Below are positions 18,290 to 28,256 of a stretch of DNA of 64,000 bases, piece by piece. The notes under the pieces are model-generated. The model had not been told where the DNA came from and searched no databases. It was given only the letters and a program-made list of their open reading frames with translations. The stretch is from assembly GCA_963828525.1 (NCBI GenBank), contig CAWHEP010000001.1, positions 128,001-192,000 on the forward strand, in the 5' to 3' direction. The DNA is from an uncultured Verrucomicrobiae bacterium. Lineage in GTDB: Bacteria > Verrucomicrobiota > Verrucomicrobiia > Chthoniobacterales > Chthoniobacteraceae. Position 1 is the first letter of the stretch, and each line of letters begins with the position of its first letter. The translations under genes were made by a program, and so were the position numbers.

Positions 18290-20692
18290 CTACTGAATCC
18301 CCCACGTTTTGTTTGGCTGCGGACCCATCACGAAATCCAGCGTCCCTCCCGCCGCGATCTCCGAATAGTTCAGCCAGCAACGGTTAAGCGAGCGCCCGTT
18401 CAGCATGGCGGATTGGATGTAGATGTTAGCGGGTGAGTTATCCCGAGCTGTGATGACGAACATGCTGCCCTTTGCGTATGCGGGGTCAAGCTTGAAGGTA
18501 ACCTTGTCAAACAGCGGGTTTAAAATCTCGAACCGCGGATTTCCGGGGCAGCTCTGGGTGAGACCGGCTGCAGCCAGCACGTACCACGCGGACATTTGGC
18601 CCACGTCGTCGTCGCCTGGCAGCCCTTCCGGGCCTGTATAGTAAACAGCCATCGATTGCCGCAGCCATTTCTGCGTTAGCCAGGGAGCTCCGGACCAGTT
18701 GAACAGGAACGGGATCAGTTCCGTCGGTTCGTTGACCGGATTGTTATAGGGATTCCACCAAGGCTCCCCTCCACCGTAGATGTGAGCGGGATTTCCCTTT
18801 CCCATGTAGGGGTTCCATTTCGTGAAATCGGGCGTTCTGCTGAAAAAGTCCTCGAGTTTCGCTGTGAAGAGCTCCTTGCCCCCCAGTAGTTGGATCAGTC
18901 CCGGAATATCATTGTAAGCGGTCCAGCCTGCCTGGTAAACGGTCGCTTCCCTCGTGTATTTGGGAGAGATCAGGCCGGGCCAGGGAAGAAAATTACCCTT
19001 TCCGTCTTTCGCGCAGAACCACCCCTTCCATTCCGGACGGGAATCCTTGCCAGCCGCGTCATAGGTCCATGGAACATCCGGATTATAGATTTTCTTGTAA
19101 GCCATCGAACGCTCGAGATATTTCGCGGCATCCTCCTTCTTGCCGAGCGCGGTTGCTAACTGCGCCATATTCCACTCACTAAGCCCGTATTCGGTGGTCT
19201 CTGAAATCTGGCCAGGACAATATCCAAATTTGGCATTCCCGTATTTTTCCGAGCTGTTGATCGAGTAAGTATACGCTTTGTCGATATCGAAATCTCGAAT
19301 CCCCTTTTGCCACGCGTCGTTGATCACGATCACGTCCGGATTGCCGATCATGCAATCCGTGTAGTTTCCCATGATCTCCCACCGGTCCAGGTAATGTTTG
19401 CCGTTGAGTTCCGCCAGCGAGAGCATGCTGCTGATCTGATTCCTAACCATCTTTGGCTCGACGAAGGCCAGCAATGGATATTCGCTGCGGTAATCATCCC
19501 AGCCGCTGAAGATGGTCACGTTCGTAAAAGCGTTCGACTGATGCGGTCGATTGTCACCGCCGGGGTATTGCCCATCGAGATCCGCGAAGGTCATCGGGAA
19601 AAGCAGAGCCCGGTAGAGCGCGCTATAATAGATCGTCTTATGATCCTCCGTGCCGCCTTCGACTGACAAGCGATCTATTGCTTTTATCCAGGCCTCTCGC
19701 GCTTGCTGGCGCGCCAGGTCGAAATTCCAACCTGGGATTTCCGCCGTCAAGTTGGCCCGCGCCCCGGCTATGCTCACGAAAGAAAGGCCGGTCTTCACCA
19801 TCACCGTTTCACCCGCCTTGCTGGCAAACTCCGTGTAAAAGCCAAGATGTTGTCCATCCTTCTCTTTGCAGCCCGGGATGACTTCTGCGTTCTTGCACGC
19901 CTCAATGAACGAAGGGGCGCTGATATTATGCTTGTTCTTGCCCCACGGCAGGGGCGGAGTTGAACTCCATTCGGCTGGAAGGGTGGCGCTCCACACCCCG
20001 TATTTCGTAAAAGGCTTGCTGAATTCAGCATGATAATAGGCCGTGTAACGGGTGCTGCCGCCAAAAGTCCATCCCCCTCCGGCGCCCGTGAATTCCATCG
20101 TTCCTTCAATGGTATGGTCATCCACCACCTTTACCGTCTGGCGCAGCGACGTGCCGGAGTTCCGGTGGGAAAGGTCCACTTGAATACGGGCTTGCGTGTT
20201 GTCGGGGAAGGTAAACCGAATGATTCCGCTGTGCATCGCGACTGTGGCCTCAGTCTGAACCTTATAATCCTCCAACATCACGGAGTAATAGCCGGCGGAC
20301 GCTTTCTCGGTCCCCTTGGAGAATGCCGAAAGGTATCCGGTGCCCGATTTTCCCTTGTCTCCCCAATACGTCTTTAAGGGACCCGTCGTTGCCATCACCA
20401 TGAAGTTTCCCAGTTCTCCGCCGTCTGCCCCGCCGAGTTGGTCAAAGCCAAAACCCTCGACTGTTTTGTCCCCGTAAGAGTATCCCATGCCGGGATACGT
20501 AATGGGACTGATCTTGACCATGCTGAACGGCATGGACGCGCCAGGAAAATCCTTTCCCTGGTGTCCAGTACCAATAAATGGATCGATATAGTCAACGGGA
20601 GCCTTGGCCTGGAGCGCTGAAAGCCAGGAAGCACCGATTGCCAAAGCAACGAGAAAGGTGATTCTTTTAGGGGATCGAGTTGAGATTGCCAT
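18290..20692 (-). CDS. GH92 alpha-1,2-mannosidase family, secreted
   Basis: Signal peptide, YIDPFIGT, FPGASMPF, FSGWDDYR, NEP, GLPGDDDVGQMSAWY. Confidence 0.9.
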   Translation of the reverse strand: MAISTRSPKRITFLVALAIGASWLSALQAKAPVDYIDPFIGTGHQGKDFPGASMPFSMVKISPITYPGMGYSYGDKTVEGFGFDQLGGADGGELGNFMVMATTGPLKTYWGDKGKSGTGYLSAFSKGTEKASAGYYSVMLEDYKVQTEATVAMHSGIIRFTFPDNTQARIQVDLSHRNSGTSLRQTVKVVDDHTIEGTMEFTGAGGGWTFGGSTRYTAYYHAEFSKPFTKYGVWSATLPAEWSSTPPLPWGKNKHNISAPSFIEACKNAEVIPGCKEKDGQHLGFYTEFASKAGETVMVKTGLSFVSIAGARANLTAEIPGWNFDLARQQAREAWIKAIDRLSVEGGTEDHKTIYYSALYRALLFPMTFADLDGQYPGGDNRPHQSNAFTNVTIFSGWDDYRSEYPLLAFVEPKMVRNQISSMLSLAELNGKHYLDRWEIMGNYTDCMIGNPDVIVINDAWQKGIRDFDIDKAYTYSINSSEKYGNAKFGYCPGQISETTEYGLSEWNMAQLATALGKKEDAAKYLERSMAYKKIYNPDVPWTYDAAGKDSRPEWKGWFCAKDGKGNFLPWPGLISPKYTREATVYQAGWTAYNDIPGLIQLLGGKELFTAKLEDFFSRTPDFTKWNPYMGKGNPAHIYGGGEPWWNPYNNPVNEPTELIPFLFNWSGAPWLTQKWLRQSMAVYYTGPEGLPGDDDVGQMSAWYVLAAAGLTQSCPGNPRFEILNPLFDKVTFKLDPAYAKGSMFVITARDNSPANIYIQSAMLNGRSLNRCWLNYSEIAAGGTLDFVMGPQPNKTWGIQ

Positions 20693-20846
20693 CGGGGAGT
20701 GGGGGAGCCTCTCGAATTTCTACCGTCTCCTCTGTCGCGCAAGCATTTTCGGGTAGCTCTGCCCAGCCTTCAGTCCAAATGAGTTCTTCATGACGGTGGA
20801 GATTACCTCGCCCTTCTAAATTCCGCTTCTCCGTGGGGAAAGCTGA

Positions 20847-21182
20847 CTAGAGCTTGCCAGCGCGCAACGCTTTTAGGATCTCTTGCAGCTCTTCGCTCGC
20901 GCTCACGAGTTGGGAATCGAGCTTTTCGCACTGCGCCTTCACCCGTTCGCAATTTGGCGGAAGGCCTCGCTTTATCGCGGCCACGTGGAATCGAAGTCCT
21001 GTGACGGTCTGGCAGATGGTATCATGCAGCCGCTGCGCCACGGGATGTGGTTTCGGATACTCCTCGGGAGGCGCGGACGGCAATGCCCCTTTGATTTTCC
21101 GCTGTGGCGAGGCGGTGGGCAGGCTGCCGCGCCTTCTCCTCGGGACTGGCTGTTTTTTAGGTGGCGATTTCGCGGATGGCAT
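20847..21182 (-). CDS. Small protein with a HisKA_3-like dimerisation/phosphoacceptor segment (possibly a fragment)
   Basis: VAQRLHDTICQTVTGL...LQEILKALR resembles the NarX/DegS-type H-box; no HATPase domain. Start uncertain. Confidence 0.45.
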   Translation of the reverse strand: MPSAKSPPKKQPVPRRRRGSLPTASPQRKIKGALPSAPPEEYPKPHPVAQRLHDTICQTVTGLRFHVAAIKRGLPPNCERVKAQCEKLDSQLVSASEELQEILKALRAGKL

Positions 21183-21558
21183 CTTCGATAATGGCATCCA
21201 AATCGGTGCCGCCAAAGGGTTTTACGAGGTGATGTCGAAACCCTGCTTCCTTGCTCCGCCGGAGATCTTCATTCGTGCCCAATCCGCTGACCGCGATCGC
21301 ATAGACCGGGCAGGAGAATTTGGCCAGGCGCAGGAGCTCCCAGCCGTCACCATCCGGGAGGCCGATATCGGAAATCAGCACATTGCACCTCGATTCGGGC
21401 AGGGCGGTTAGGGCCTCCTGCATGGTCCGAGCCGACTCAACATGGAAGCCGAAGCTTTCAAGATACATCTTGAGGTACTTCAAGGTGTCACGGTGATTCT
21501 CGACGATAAATACCCGCAGGGGAGGAGCCGCGGACTCAGCACTCGCCATGGCATTCAT
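21157..21558 (-). CDS. Single-domain response regulator
   Basis: VFIVENH, LISDIGLPDGDG, IAVSG, HHLVKP. Confidence 0.88.
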   Translation of the reverse strand: MNAMASAESAAPPLRVFIVENHRDTLKYLKMYLESFGFHVESARTMQEALTALPESRCNVLISDIGLPDGDGWELLRLAKFSCPVYAIAVSGLGTNEDLRRSKEAGFRHHLVKPFGGTDLDAIIEDAIREIAT

Positions 21559-21607
21559 TTCGACAGTTTCAACAGATCACCCTCCATCTGGCGTCCTGAT
21601 CGTCAGG

Positions 21608-22099
21608 TCAGGGGAATACTGACGCGAAACGTCGCGCCTTCGCCCCTGCCGGCGCTGGCCGCCTGAAGCTGTCCCCGTGCGCATCGCCGCGCTCGCGGTC
21701 GAGATCGGTGAGCTTTAGATGGCCGTTGGTCGCCGTAAGATGCTTGACCGGCGGAATCACATACACGCGATTTGCCTCCACTTTCGTCCCGCGTGGGCCA
21801 CGCGCATCTTCGTCCATTTCCGGCATCGAGCTGACGTGGTCTGGCGACAGATGCATGATGACCACAAAAACCATCCCGGACTCCGCCGGCATTTTTTCGA
21901 AGAACGCTTGGATCGCCCTTATCGACCCTGCGGACCCGCCAATACCCACCATGGGCAAAAGCTGATAGCCGACAGTGGGAATGATGTTGTCTATCTCCGC
22001 GCCGAGCTCCTGCTCGACGAGATCCGGATTGATATTTGGGAGACCAGTTTCGACCCGCGCAGGCGCCAAGTCTGGCGTGGGAGAGTCGGTGTCATCCAT
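21608..22099 (-). pseudogene. Decayed CheB methylesterase-domain gene (N-terminus of a CheB/CheR-type protein)
   Basis: VGIGGSAGS, VVIMHLSPDH and VYVIPP are present. It has internal deletions (WTKMRV in another frame, the VDxFFRSLA segment missing) and is truncated before the LSG/DG motif. Confidence 0.7.
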
Positions 22100-22377
22100 A
22101 ACCCTAAAGCGTAGGCTCTGCGCGCAATGAGCGCGAGTGGAAAATCCTGCCACACAGAGGGGCCGTAACCCGAGCGAACGTTCGATACCGGCTCCTCCTC
22201 TCCTGCGAGACAAATGACTATTTTGGGCGATCGTGGGCGACGGGCTCAATGGTTGAGGCGCGGAGATCGGAAAATAAAACGCGCGGGGCGACACATTTCC
22301 CAGGCAATTTCCCCCTCCAGAGTGATGCTGGCCGCCAAATCGCTGGCGGGGGCCGAAATATTTGGTAACAACAGACT

Positions 22378-23853
22378 ATGAGTTCTGTCCCTCTCTCCAC
22401 CATTGATGACCGTTGCGGGATGGGGGTGGAGGGATTGGATGAAGTGCTTCACGGTGGATTGCCACGGAATCGGCTTTATCTACTGCAGGGAAGTCCCGGA
22501 GTCGGGAAAACGACTTTGGCGATGCAGTTCCTGTTGGAGGGCCTGGGCCGGGGAGAGGCGGGCTTGTACATCACCCTTTCCGAGACGCGGGAAGAGATCG
22601 AGATCGTTGCGGCCTCGCATGGATGGGATCTCGCGCCCCTGCATCTTTACGAGCTATCCACGATCGAGGAGACGGTTCGCGGCGAGACTGAAAGCACGTT
22701 TTTCCATCCGGCGGAGGTGGAGTTGAATCGAACGATCGAGGCGCTCATCGCGGAAATTGAGCGCGTGAACCCGTCGCGCGTTGTCTTCGACTCGCTGTCG
22801 GAAATGCGGATGCTCGCGGATACGCCGCTACGCTATCGGAGGCAGATTTTGCAGCTCAAGCAGTTTCTGGCAGGGCGGCGCGCGACGGTGCTGCTGCTGG
22901 ATGACCTGACCGCCGGCGCGGGCAATGTGGAGGTGGAGAGCATCGCGCACGGTGTGCTCACGTTGGAGCGCGTTTCCGCGGCCTACGGGGTCTCTCGCCG
23001 GCAGTTGAGTGTCATGAAATTGCGCGGGTCGGCTTTCCGGGAAGGCTTTCACGATCTGATCCTGACTCGCGGCGGGATGAAGATTTTTCCGAGGTTGGTG
23101 GCCAGCGAGCAACACACCGAATTTGTGCGGGAGGATTTTCCCAGCGGAATCGCGGAACTCGACGCCCTGCTCGGAGGCGGGCTGGGCCGGGGAACGAGCG
23201 CGATGTTCATGGGGCCACCCGGCACCGGCAAATCAACACTCGCCTTGAGGTTCGCGCTGACGGCGGCGGAACGCGGCGAGAAATCGCTCATCCTTTGTTT
23301 CGACGAAACCATGGGGACGCTGCTCGACCGGGCTGCGAAGCTTGGCATGGATCTCTCGGTCCATGTCCAGGAAGGCCGGATCAAGCTCCTGCAGCTCGAC
23401 CCAGCCCAGATTTCACCGGGTGAATTTGCGAGCCTTATTCATGAAGCAGTGATGGGAGGAGGGGCCAGGATGGTGATCGTCGATAGCATTAATGGCTACC
23501 TGAACGCGATGCCGGAGGAGCGGCACCTGAATATGCAATTGCATGAGGTGCTCGCTACCCTGAATCAACTGGGGGTCATCACCATTATGGTTCTCGCGCA
23601 GCAGGGCCTCATAGGGATAATGCAAACTTCGGTCGATCTCACATACCTCGCGGATACCGTGCTGCTGCTGCGCTACTATGAAGCCCGCGGCGAGGTGAAG
23701 CAGGCGATCTCGGTCATCAAAAAGAGAAGCGGCAATCACGAGAGGACCATCCGCGAGATTTCCGTCGGCCCGGGCGGCATCAATGTAGGGGAGCCGCTCC
23801 GGGGCCTGCAGGGGGTGCTCACCGGCGTGCCCACCTTTATGCATGATTCCTGA
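22378..23853 (+). CDS. kaiC: KaiC-like double-domain ATPase
   Basis: Two RecA-like domains (GSPGVGKT, GPPGTGKS), VMKLRG, VIKKRSG. The phospho-site region reads DLTYLADTV. Confidence 0.85.
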   Translation: MSSVPLSTIDDRCGMGVEGLDEVLHGGLPRNRLYLLQGSPGVGKTTLAMQFLLEGLGRGEAGLYITLSETREEIEIVAASHGWDLAPLHLYELSTIEETVRGETESTFFHPAEVELNRTIEALIAEIERVNPSRVVFDSLSEMRMLADTPLRYRRQILQLKQFLAGRRATVLLLDDLTAGAGNVEVESIAHGVLTLERVSAAYGVSRRQLSVMKLRGSAFREGFHDLILTRGGMKIFPRLVASEQHTEFVREDFPSGIAELDALLGGGLGRGTSAMFMGPPGTGKSTLALRFALTAAERGEKSLILCFDETMGTLLDRAAKLGMDLSVHVQEGRIKLLQLDPAQISPGEFASLIHEAVMGGGARMVIVDSINGYLNAMPEERHLNMQLHEVLATLNQLGVITIMVLAQQGLIGIMQTSVDLTYLADTVLLLRYYEARGEVKQAISVIKKRSGNHERTIREISVGPGGINVGEPLRGLQGVLTGVPTFMHDS

Positions 23854-25474
23854 TGGCTGCGGAGCATCGCCTGGCGCCGAGACGGAGGGGGTTCGGGCCC
23901 AGCTGCGGGATCTCGCGGCTCCTGCCCCGGAGCTGCGCGTTCTGGTTCTGGCACCGACGAGAAACGACGCGGCGCTGACCGCTCAGTTCCTGCAAAGCGC
24001 CGGTTTGGCGGCGGAGATTTGCGCCAACCTCGCCGAGCTCTGTGCCCGTATCGCGGGTGGCTGCGGCGCCGTTGTACTCGCGGAGGAGGCACTCGCCGTA
24101 CCCTCGATAGACATCCTTCTGACAACGCTGGCGCGGCAACCTTCGTGGTCGGACCTGCCCCTCGTCATCATCACTGGCGTCGCCGAGGCGCGCCTGCCGC
24201 GGGGTCGCCTGGCGCGACTCGGTCCCGTCGGGAACGTTTCCATTGTCGAAAGGCCGGTGCGGCCAGAGACGCTGGTGAGCGCCTGCGAAGTGGCCTTGCG
24301 CTCGCGGCGCCGGCAATACGAGGTGCGGACACTTATCGCGCAAGCAAAGGAGGCGGACCGCCAAAAAGACGAATTTCTTGCCATGCTCGCCCATGAGCTG
24401 CGCAATCCGCTCGCCTCTGTCGCCAGCGCGACCAGTCTTCTGCAGAGTGAGCCCGACGTGGCGGAGCGGAGCTGGGCGCTAAAGGTGATCGAGCGGCAAT
24501 CTCGGCAGCTCGGCCGCCTGATTGACGACCTGCTCGATGTCTCGCGGATCAACACAGGAAAAATTCGCCTCCGACGGGAAAAAATCGATGCGGCCCTCAT
24601 TCTGGACCAAGCCAGCGAAGCGGCGAGGCCGCTCATCAAGGCGCGCGGGCATCAGCTCACCTGCCGCTATGAGCGCGGCGCGCTTTGGTTGGACGCCGAC
24701 CCTCTGCGCATTGAGCAAATTGTGCTGAACCTCCTGCACAACTCCGCCAAATATACGCCGACGAACGGTCAGGTCACACTCTCAGCGTGGCGGTGGGAGG
24801 ACGAGATTTTCATCACCGTCGAGGACAACGGCATAGGCATCGCGCCGGAGCGACTCCCGGAGATGTTTCGGCTCTTCGCGCAAGGCGAGCGCTCCATCGC
24901 GCGGAGTGAAGGAGGGCTCGGCGTCGGCCTAACCATCGTGCAACGGCTGGCGGAGCTGCACGGTGGCCGCGTCGAGGCGCATAGCGACGGCCCGCGCCTC
25001 GGCAGTGTCTTCACCGTGCGGCTGCCCGCGCTCCCAGCCCATCTCCTGCCGCTCCCCACCGCTCCGGTTCCGCTGGCTCCCGGAAGCCTTTTCTCAAAAC
25101 TGCGCCTCCTCATCGTGGATGATAACGCAGATACTGCCGGCGCTCTGGCCAAGCTTCTCCGCCGCGCGGGTCACGAAGTCGCGGTGGCTCACGATGGTCT
25201 GGAAGCGCTCGACTGCGCGCGCCGCCAGAGTCCTGAGGTGGTCATCCTCGATATTGGCCTTCCCGGTATGGACGGTTACGAAGTCGCCCGGCGTCTCCGC
25301 GAAGAACTCGCCCGCGACGAACTCCTTATGATCGCAGTCACAGGCTATGGGCAGGATCAGGACCGGGAGCATGCTTTGCAAAACGGCTTCGACCATCACT
25401 TGGTTAAACCGGTGGACATCACGGAATTGAAACGCCTGCTGGTTCGCAAGAACACCGCGCCATCGATTGAATAA
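23843..25474 (+). CDS. Hybrid histidine kinase (pseudo-receiver - HisKA - HATPase - REC)
   Basis: FLAMLAHELRNPL, NLLHNSAKY, DNGIG, GGLGVGL, C-terminal REC (LDIGLPGMDG). Overlaps the kaiC-like stop; no TM segments. Confidence 0.9.
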   Translation: MIPDGCGASPGAETEGVRAQLRDLAAPAPELRVLVLAPTRNDAALTAQFLQSAGLAAEICANLAELCARIAGGCGAVVLAEEALAVPSIDILLTTLARQPSWSDLPLVIITGVAEARLPRGRLARLGPVGNVSIVERPVRPETLVSACEVALRSRRRQYEVRTLIAQAKEADRQKDEFLAMLAHELRNPLASVASATSLLQSEPDVAERSWALKVIERQSRQLGRLIDDLLDVSRINTGKIRLRREKIDAALILDQASEAARPLIKARGHQLTCRYERGALWLDADPLRIEQIVLNLLHNSAKYTPTNGQVTLSAWRWEDEIFITVEDNGIGIAPERLPEMFRLFAQGERSIARSEGGLGVGLTIVQRLAELHGGRVEAHSDGPRLGSVFTVRLPALPAHLLPLPTAPVPLAPGSLFSKLRLLIVDDNADTAGALAKLLRRAGHEVAVAHDGLEALDCARRQSPEVVILDIGLPGMDGYEVARRLREELARDELLMIAVTGYGQDQDREHALQNGFDHHLVKPVDITELKRLLVRKNTAPSIE

Positions 25475-25507
25475 ACTTGGATTTTTTGCGAGGCGCCAGC
25501 TGCGGGT

Positions 25508-27043
25508 TTAGCCAGCGAGATCCTTCTCCAGAAACGCCGCGGCGGATTCCAACGCCTTGGCGCGATCCCCGGCAGGGCGTTTTTGCCAGCCTTGGACCAA
25601 AGCGCGCATGCGGGGATTTTCGCCGAAGCGGTCGGCGTGGTGATCGATGAAATTCCAGTAAAGGTAGTTGTAGGGGCAGGCGTCGGGGCCGGTTTTCTGG
25701 TCAGGATCGAAGCGGCAGCCTGCGCAGTAGTTGCTCATCTTGCGAATGTAAGCGCTGGTGGAGGCATACGGTTTGGTCGCCATGTAGCCGCCATCGGCAT
25801 AGAGCGACATGCCGATGACGTTGGCGGCCATAACCCAGTCAAAGGCGTCGACATACATCTCGAGGAACCACCGCAGCGCTTCCTGGGGGCGGATGCCCGC
25901 GATGAGGAAGAAGTTTCCGAGGATCATGAGCCGCTGGATGTGGTGATTCCATCCAAGGTCAAGGGTTTGGCGAACGACGTGGTGAAGGCAGTTCATGGGC
26001 GTCTCGCCGGTGTAAAACCACGCGGGGAGCGGGCGCTCGGCGTCAAGTTCATTCAGCGCGTGGTATTCTTGGCCGCGGTGCCAGTAAACGCCGTTGATGA
26101 ATTCGCGCCAGCCGACGATCTGGCGGACGTAGCCCTCCACGGAATTGATGGGCGCCTCGCCCTTCTGGTAGGCGCGGAGGGCGGCTTCTACGCATTCCCG
26201 CGGGGTGAGTAAACCGAGATTGAGCAACGGCGATAGGACGGAGTGGAAGAGGAACGGCTCTCCTTCGGACATCATGTCCTCATAGACGCCGAAGGTGGGC
26301 AGGCGCTCGCGAATAAACAGGTTCAGCCAGCGGAGGGCGCCGGCGCGATCAACCGGCAGCCACATGTCGGCGGCGCGGCCCGGATGATCCTTGAACTCGC
26401 GCGCGACCATCTCAATGACTGCAAGCGTGATGGCGTCCGGCTTCTCGCGCGGCGCGGTGCTCGCGGTCGGGCGGCCAGCGCGTTTCCAGATGGAGAAGGT
26501 GGCGCGATTTTCTGGATCGAAATTCCACGCTCCGCCCACCGGCTGGCCATCTTTGTCCATTAGCCAGCCAAAGCGTTTACGGAGCCGCCGATAGTGGTTT
26601 TCCATCAGAAGACGGCGCGAGTCTTTGGCCCACTGGTGGAAGTCATCGCGCGTCATCAGGAATTGCGTCGTCGGCACGAGATCGATCTGGACTTGGAGCT
26701 TGCGGCCCAGGCGCTCGATGACCTCGGTCTCAAAAAAGGAATTCGGCTCCGCCAGCACGATCTTCTCCGGGCGATGCCGGCTAATGTGCCGCTGAAGGCC
26801 AGTTTCGAAAGTGAGCGCCTCTTCTAACAGAACATAGTCAACCTCCCAGCCGCTCTCCCGTAAACTTTCAGCGAAATGCCGCATGGCGCTGTAGACAAGG
26901 ACGAGCTTGATTTGGTGAAAGCGATGCACCGCCCCGCGAGCCTTCGACTCGATCATCACGATCCGCGCGGCACCCGGCGGGGTCTTTGCGAGGACGGCGT
27001 GCTCCAGCGAAAGCTGGTCGCCTAAGATCCAGATCGTGTCCAC
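25508..27043 (-). CDS. FeS bacterial cryptochrome/(6-4) photolyase (PhrB/CryB type)
   Basis: WILGDQL, AMRHFA, MENHYR, GGAWNFD, HHIQRLM, YVDAFDWV and four FeS Cys (MNC, YCAGC, ACPY). Confidence 0.9.
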   Translation of the reverse strand: MDTIWILGDQLSLEHAVLAKTPPGAARIVMIESKARGAVHRFHQIKLVLVYSAMRHFAESLRESGWEVDYVLLEEALTFETGLQRHISRHRPEKIVLAEPNSFFETEVIERLGRKLQVQIDLVPTTQFLMTRDDFHQWAKDSRRLLMENHYRRLRKRFGWLMDKDGQPVGGAWNFDPENRATFSIWKRAGRPTASTAPREKPDAITLAVIEMVAREFKDHPGRAADMWLPVDRAGALRWLNLFIRERLPTFGVYEDMMSEGEPFLFHSVLSPLLNLGLLTPRECVEAALRAYQKGEAPINSVEGYVRQIVGWREFINGVYWHRGQEYHALNELDAERPLPAWFYTGETPMNCLHHVVRQTLDLGWNHHIQRLMILGNFFLIAGIRPQEALRWFLEMYVDAFDWVMAANVIGMSLYADGGYMATKPYASTSAYIRKMSNYCAGCRFDPDQKTGPDACPYNYLYWNFIDHHADRFGENPRMRALVQGWQKRPAGDRAKALESAAAFLEKDLAG

Positions 27044-27242
27044 TTTAGTTGAAAGATTCGGCTGGCGCGCCGGGCCCTATTTCCTTGCGAGCGGCACCGT
27101 CTTTGCCTTCCCGGATCGGCGGCTTTTCCAGCGGGCCTGTTTGCTTTTCTTAGGCAGGGCTTTCCCAAAGTTCAGCAGTTTCTTGCAAACATCTTAACAA
27201 TTCGCGCCCGAATGCCCATTTGGCCTCTGCCCCACGTCGGCG

Positions 27243-27314
<72 letters not shown>

Positions 27315-27462
27315 GTTGCCTTGGAAAACCAAGCTGATGGGGAACGAGATTACAGGGCGAGGATGCTCGGCGCAAAGTTTTTCGGAGATGCGGCTGGGAC
27401 AGCGCGTTATTGCCGCGCATTTTTTAAGTTGGCATGGCGGTGGATTTGAACGAATGGGGAAC

Positions 27463-28143
27463 ATGAAAATTCTCCTCCCCGGACTCGCAGCTTTTTCCTT
27501 TTTGATGGTTGCGGCGGAGGCCGACGTGACAATCGTGCAGAAGGTGGAGGGGACTGGCCAGGCCGGTGAGATGACAATGGAGCTAAAAGACAACAAGGCC
27601 CGAACCAATCTGTCCGGGCAGATCAGTACGATAACCGATCTTGATTCTGGCGACGTCGTCACCCTAATGCACGCGCAGAAGAGTTTCATGAAGATGTCGG
27701 GCGGGACAACGAAGGCGTTGCTGGAGCAGATGAGGAAGATGACCAAGGCATCGGGCGGAACGATGGGCGCCAAGCCGCAGCCAACCGGGAACAAGGAGAA
27801 GATAAACGGCTACGACACTGAGGAGTACAAGAGCGAGTTTGGGGTAATCAAGATGAGCTTCTGGATCGCAAAGGACTTTCCCGGCTCCGCCGCCGTGCTC
27901 GCGGAGATGAAGAAGCTGGAACAGGGAAGCATGGGAGGGGCCAGGGCGCTGATACCGGGCGCCGATGATCTTCCCGGGATGCCGGTGCGCACGGAGATCG
28001 ACGCAAACGGGCAGAAAACGACTACCACGCTGGTATCGGTAAAGGAAGCGCCCATCGACGCGAAGGATTTTGACGTGCCTTCCGATTACAAGGAAATGAA
28101 GATGCCGGCGTTACCTTCCATGCCTCCTCCGCCGCCGCAGTAG
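27463..28143 (+). CDS. Secreted DUF4412-like protein
   Basis: Signal peptide, TGNKEKINGYDTEEY, WIAKD, PGMPVRT, FDVPSDY. Confidence 0.7.
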   Translation: MKILLPGLAAFSFLMVAAEADVTIVQKVEGTGQAGEMTMELKDNKARTNLSGQISTITDLDSGDVVTLMHAQKSFMKMSGGTTKALLEQMRKMTKASGGTMGAKPQPTGNKEKINGYDTEEYKSEFGVIKMSFWIAKDFPGSAAVLAEMKKLEQGSMGGARALIPGADDLPGMPVRTEIDANGQKTTTTLVSVKEAPIDAKDFDVPSDYKEMKMPALPSMPPPPPQ

Positions 28144-28256
28144 GGCGCGTAGAGCTGGGCTTGCCTGTCCAAAACAGGTAGTTCTCCTGAACCAGTCGCG
28201 CGGTTGCGCCCCTCGAATTCTCTTTTCATCTTCAGTCAGCCGTATAGCTTTGGTGT

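Noticed and set aside
17550..18290. Integron attC sites around the GNAT gene (GCTCAAC at 17610-17616 fits RYYYAAC)
   Set aside because: No matching GTTRRRY at a suitable distance, no long imperfect palindrome and no integron integrase.
22378..23853. A true circadian clock
   Set aside because: No kaiA or kaiB in the window, non-canonical phospho-sites, and a context that fits KaiC-like/kinase signalling pairs.
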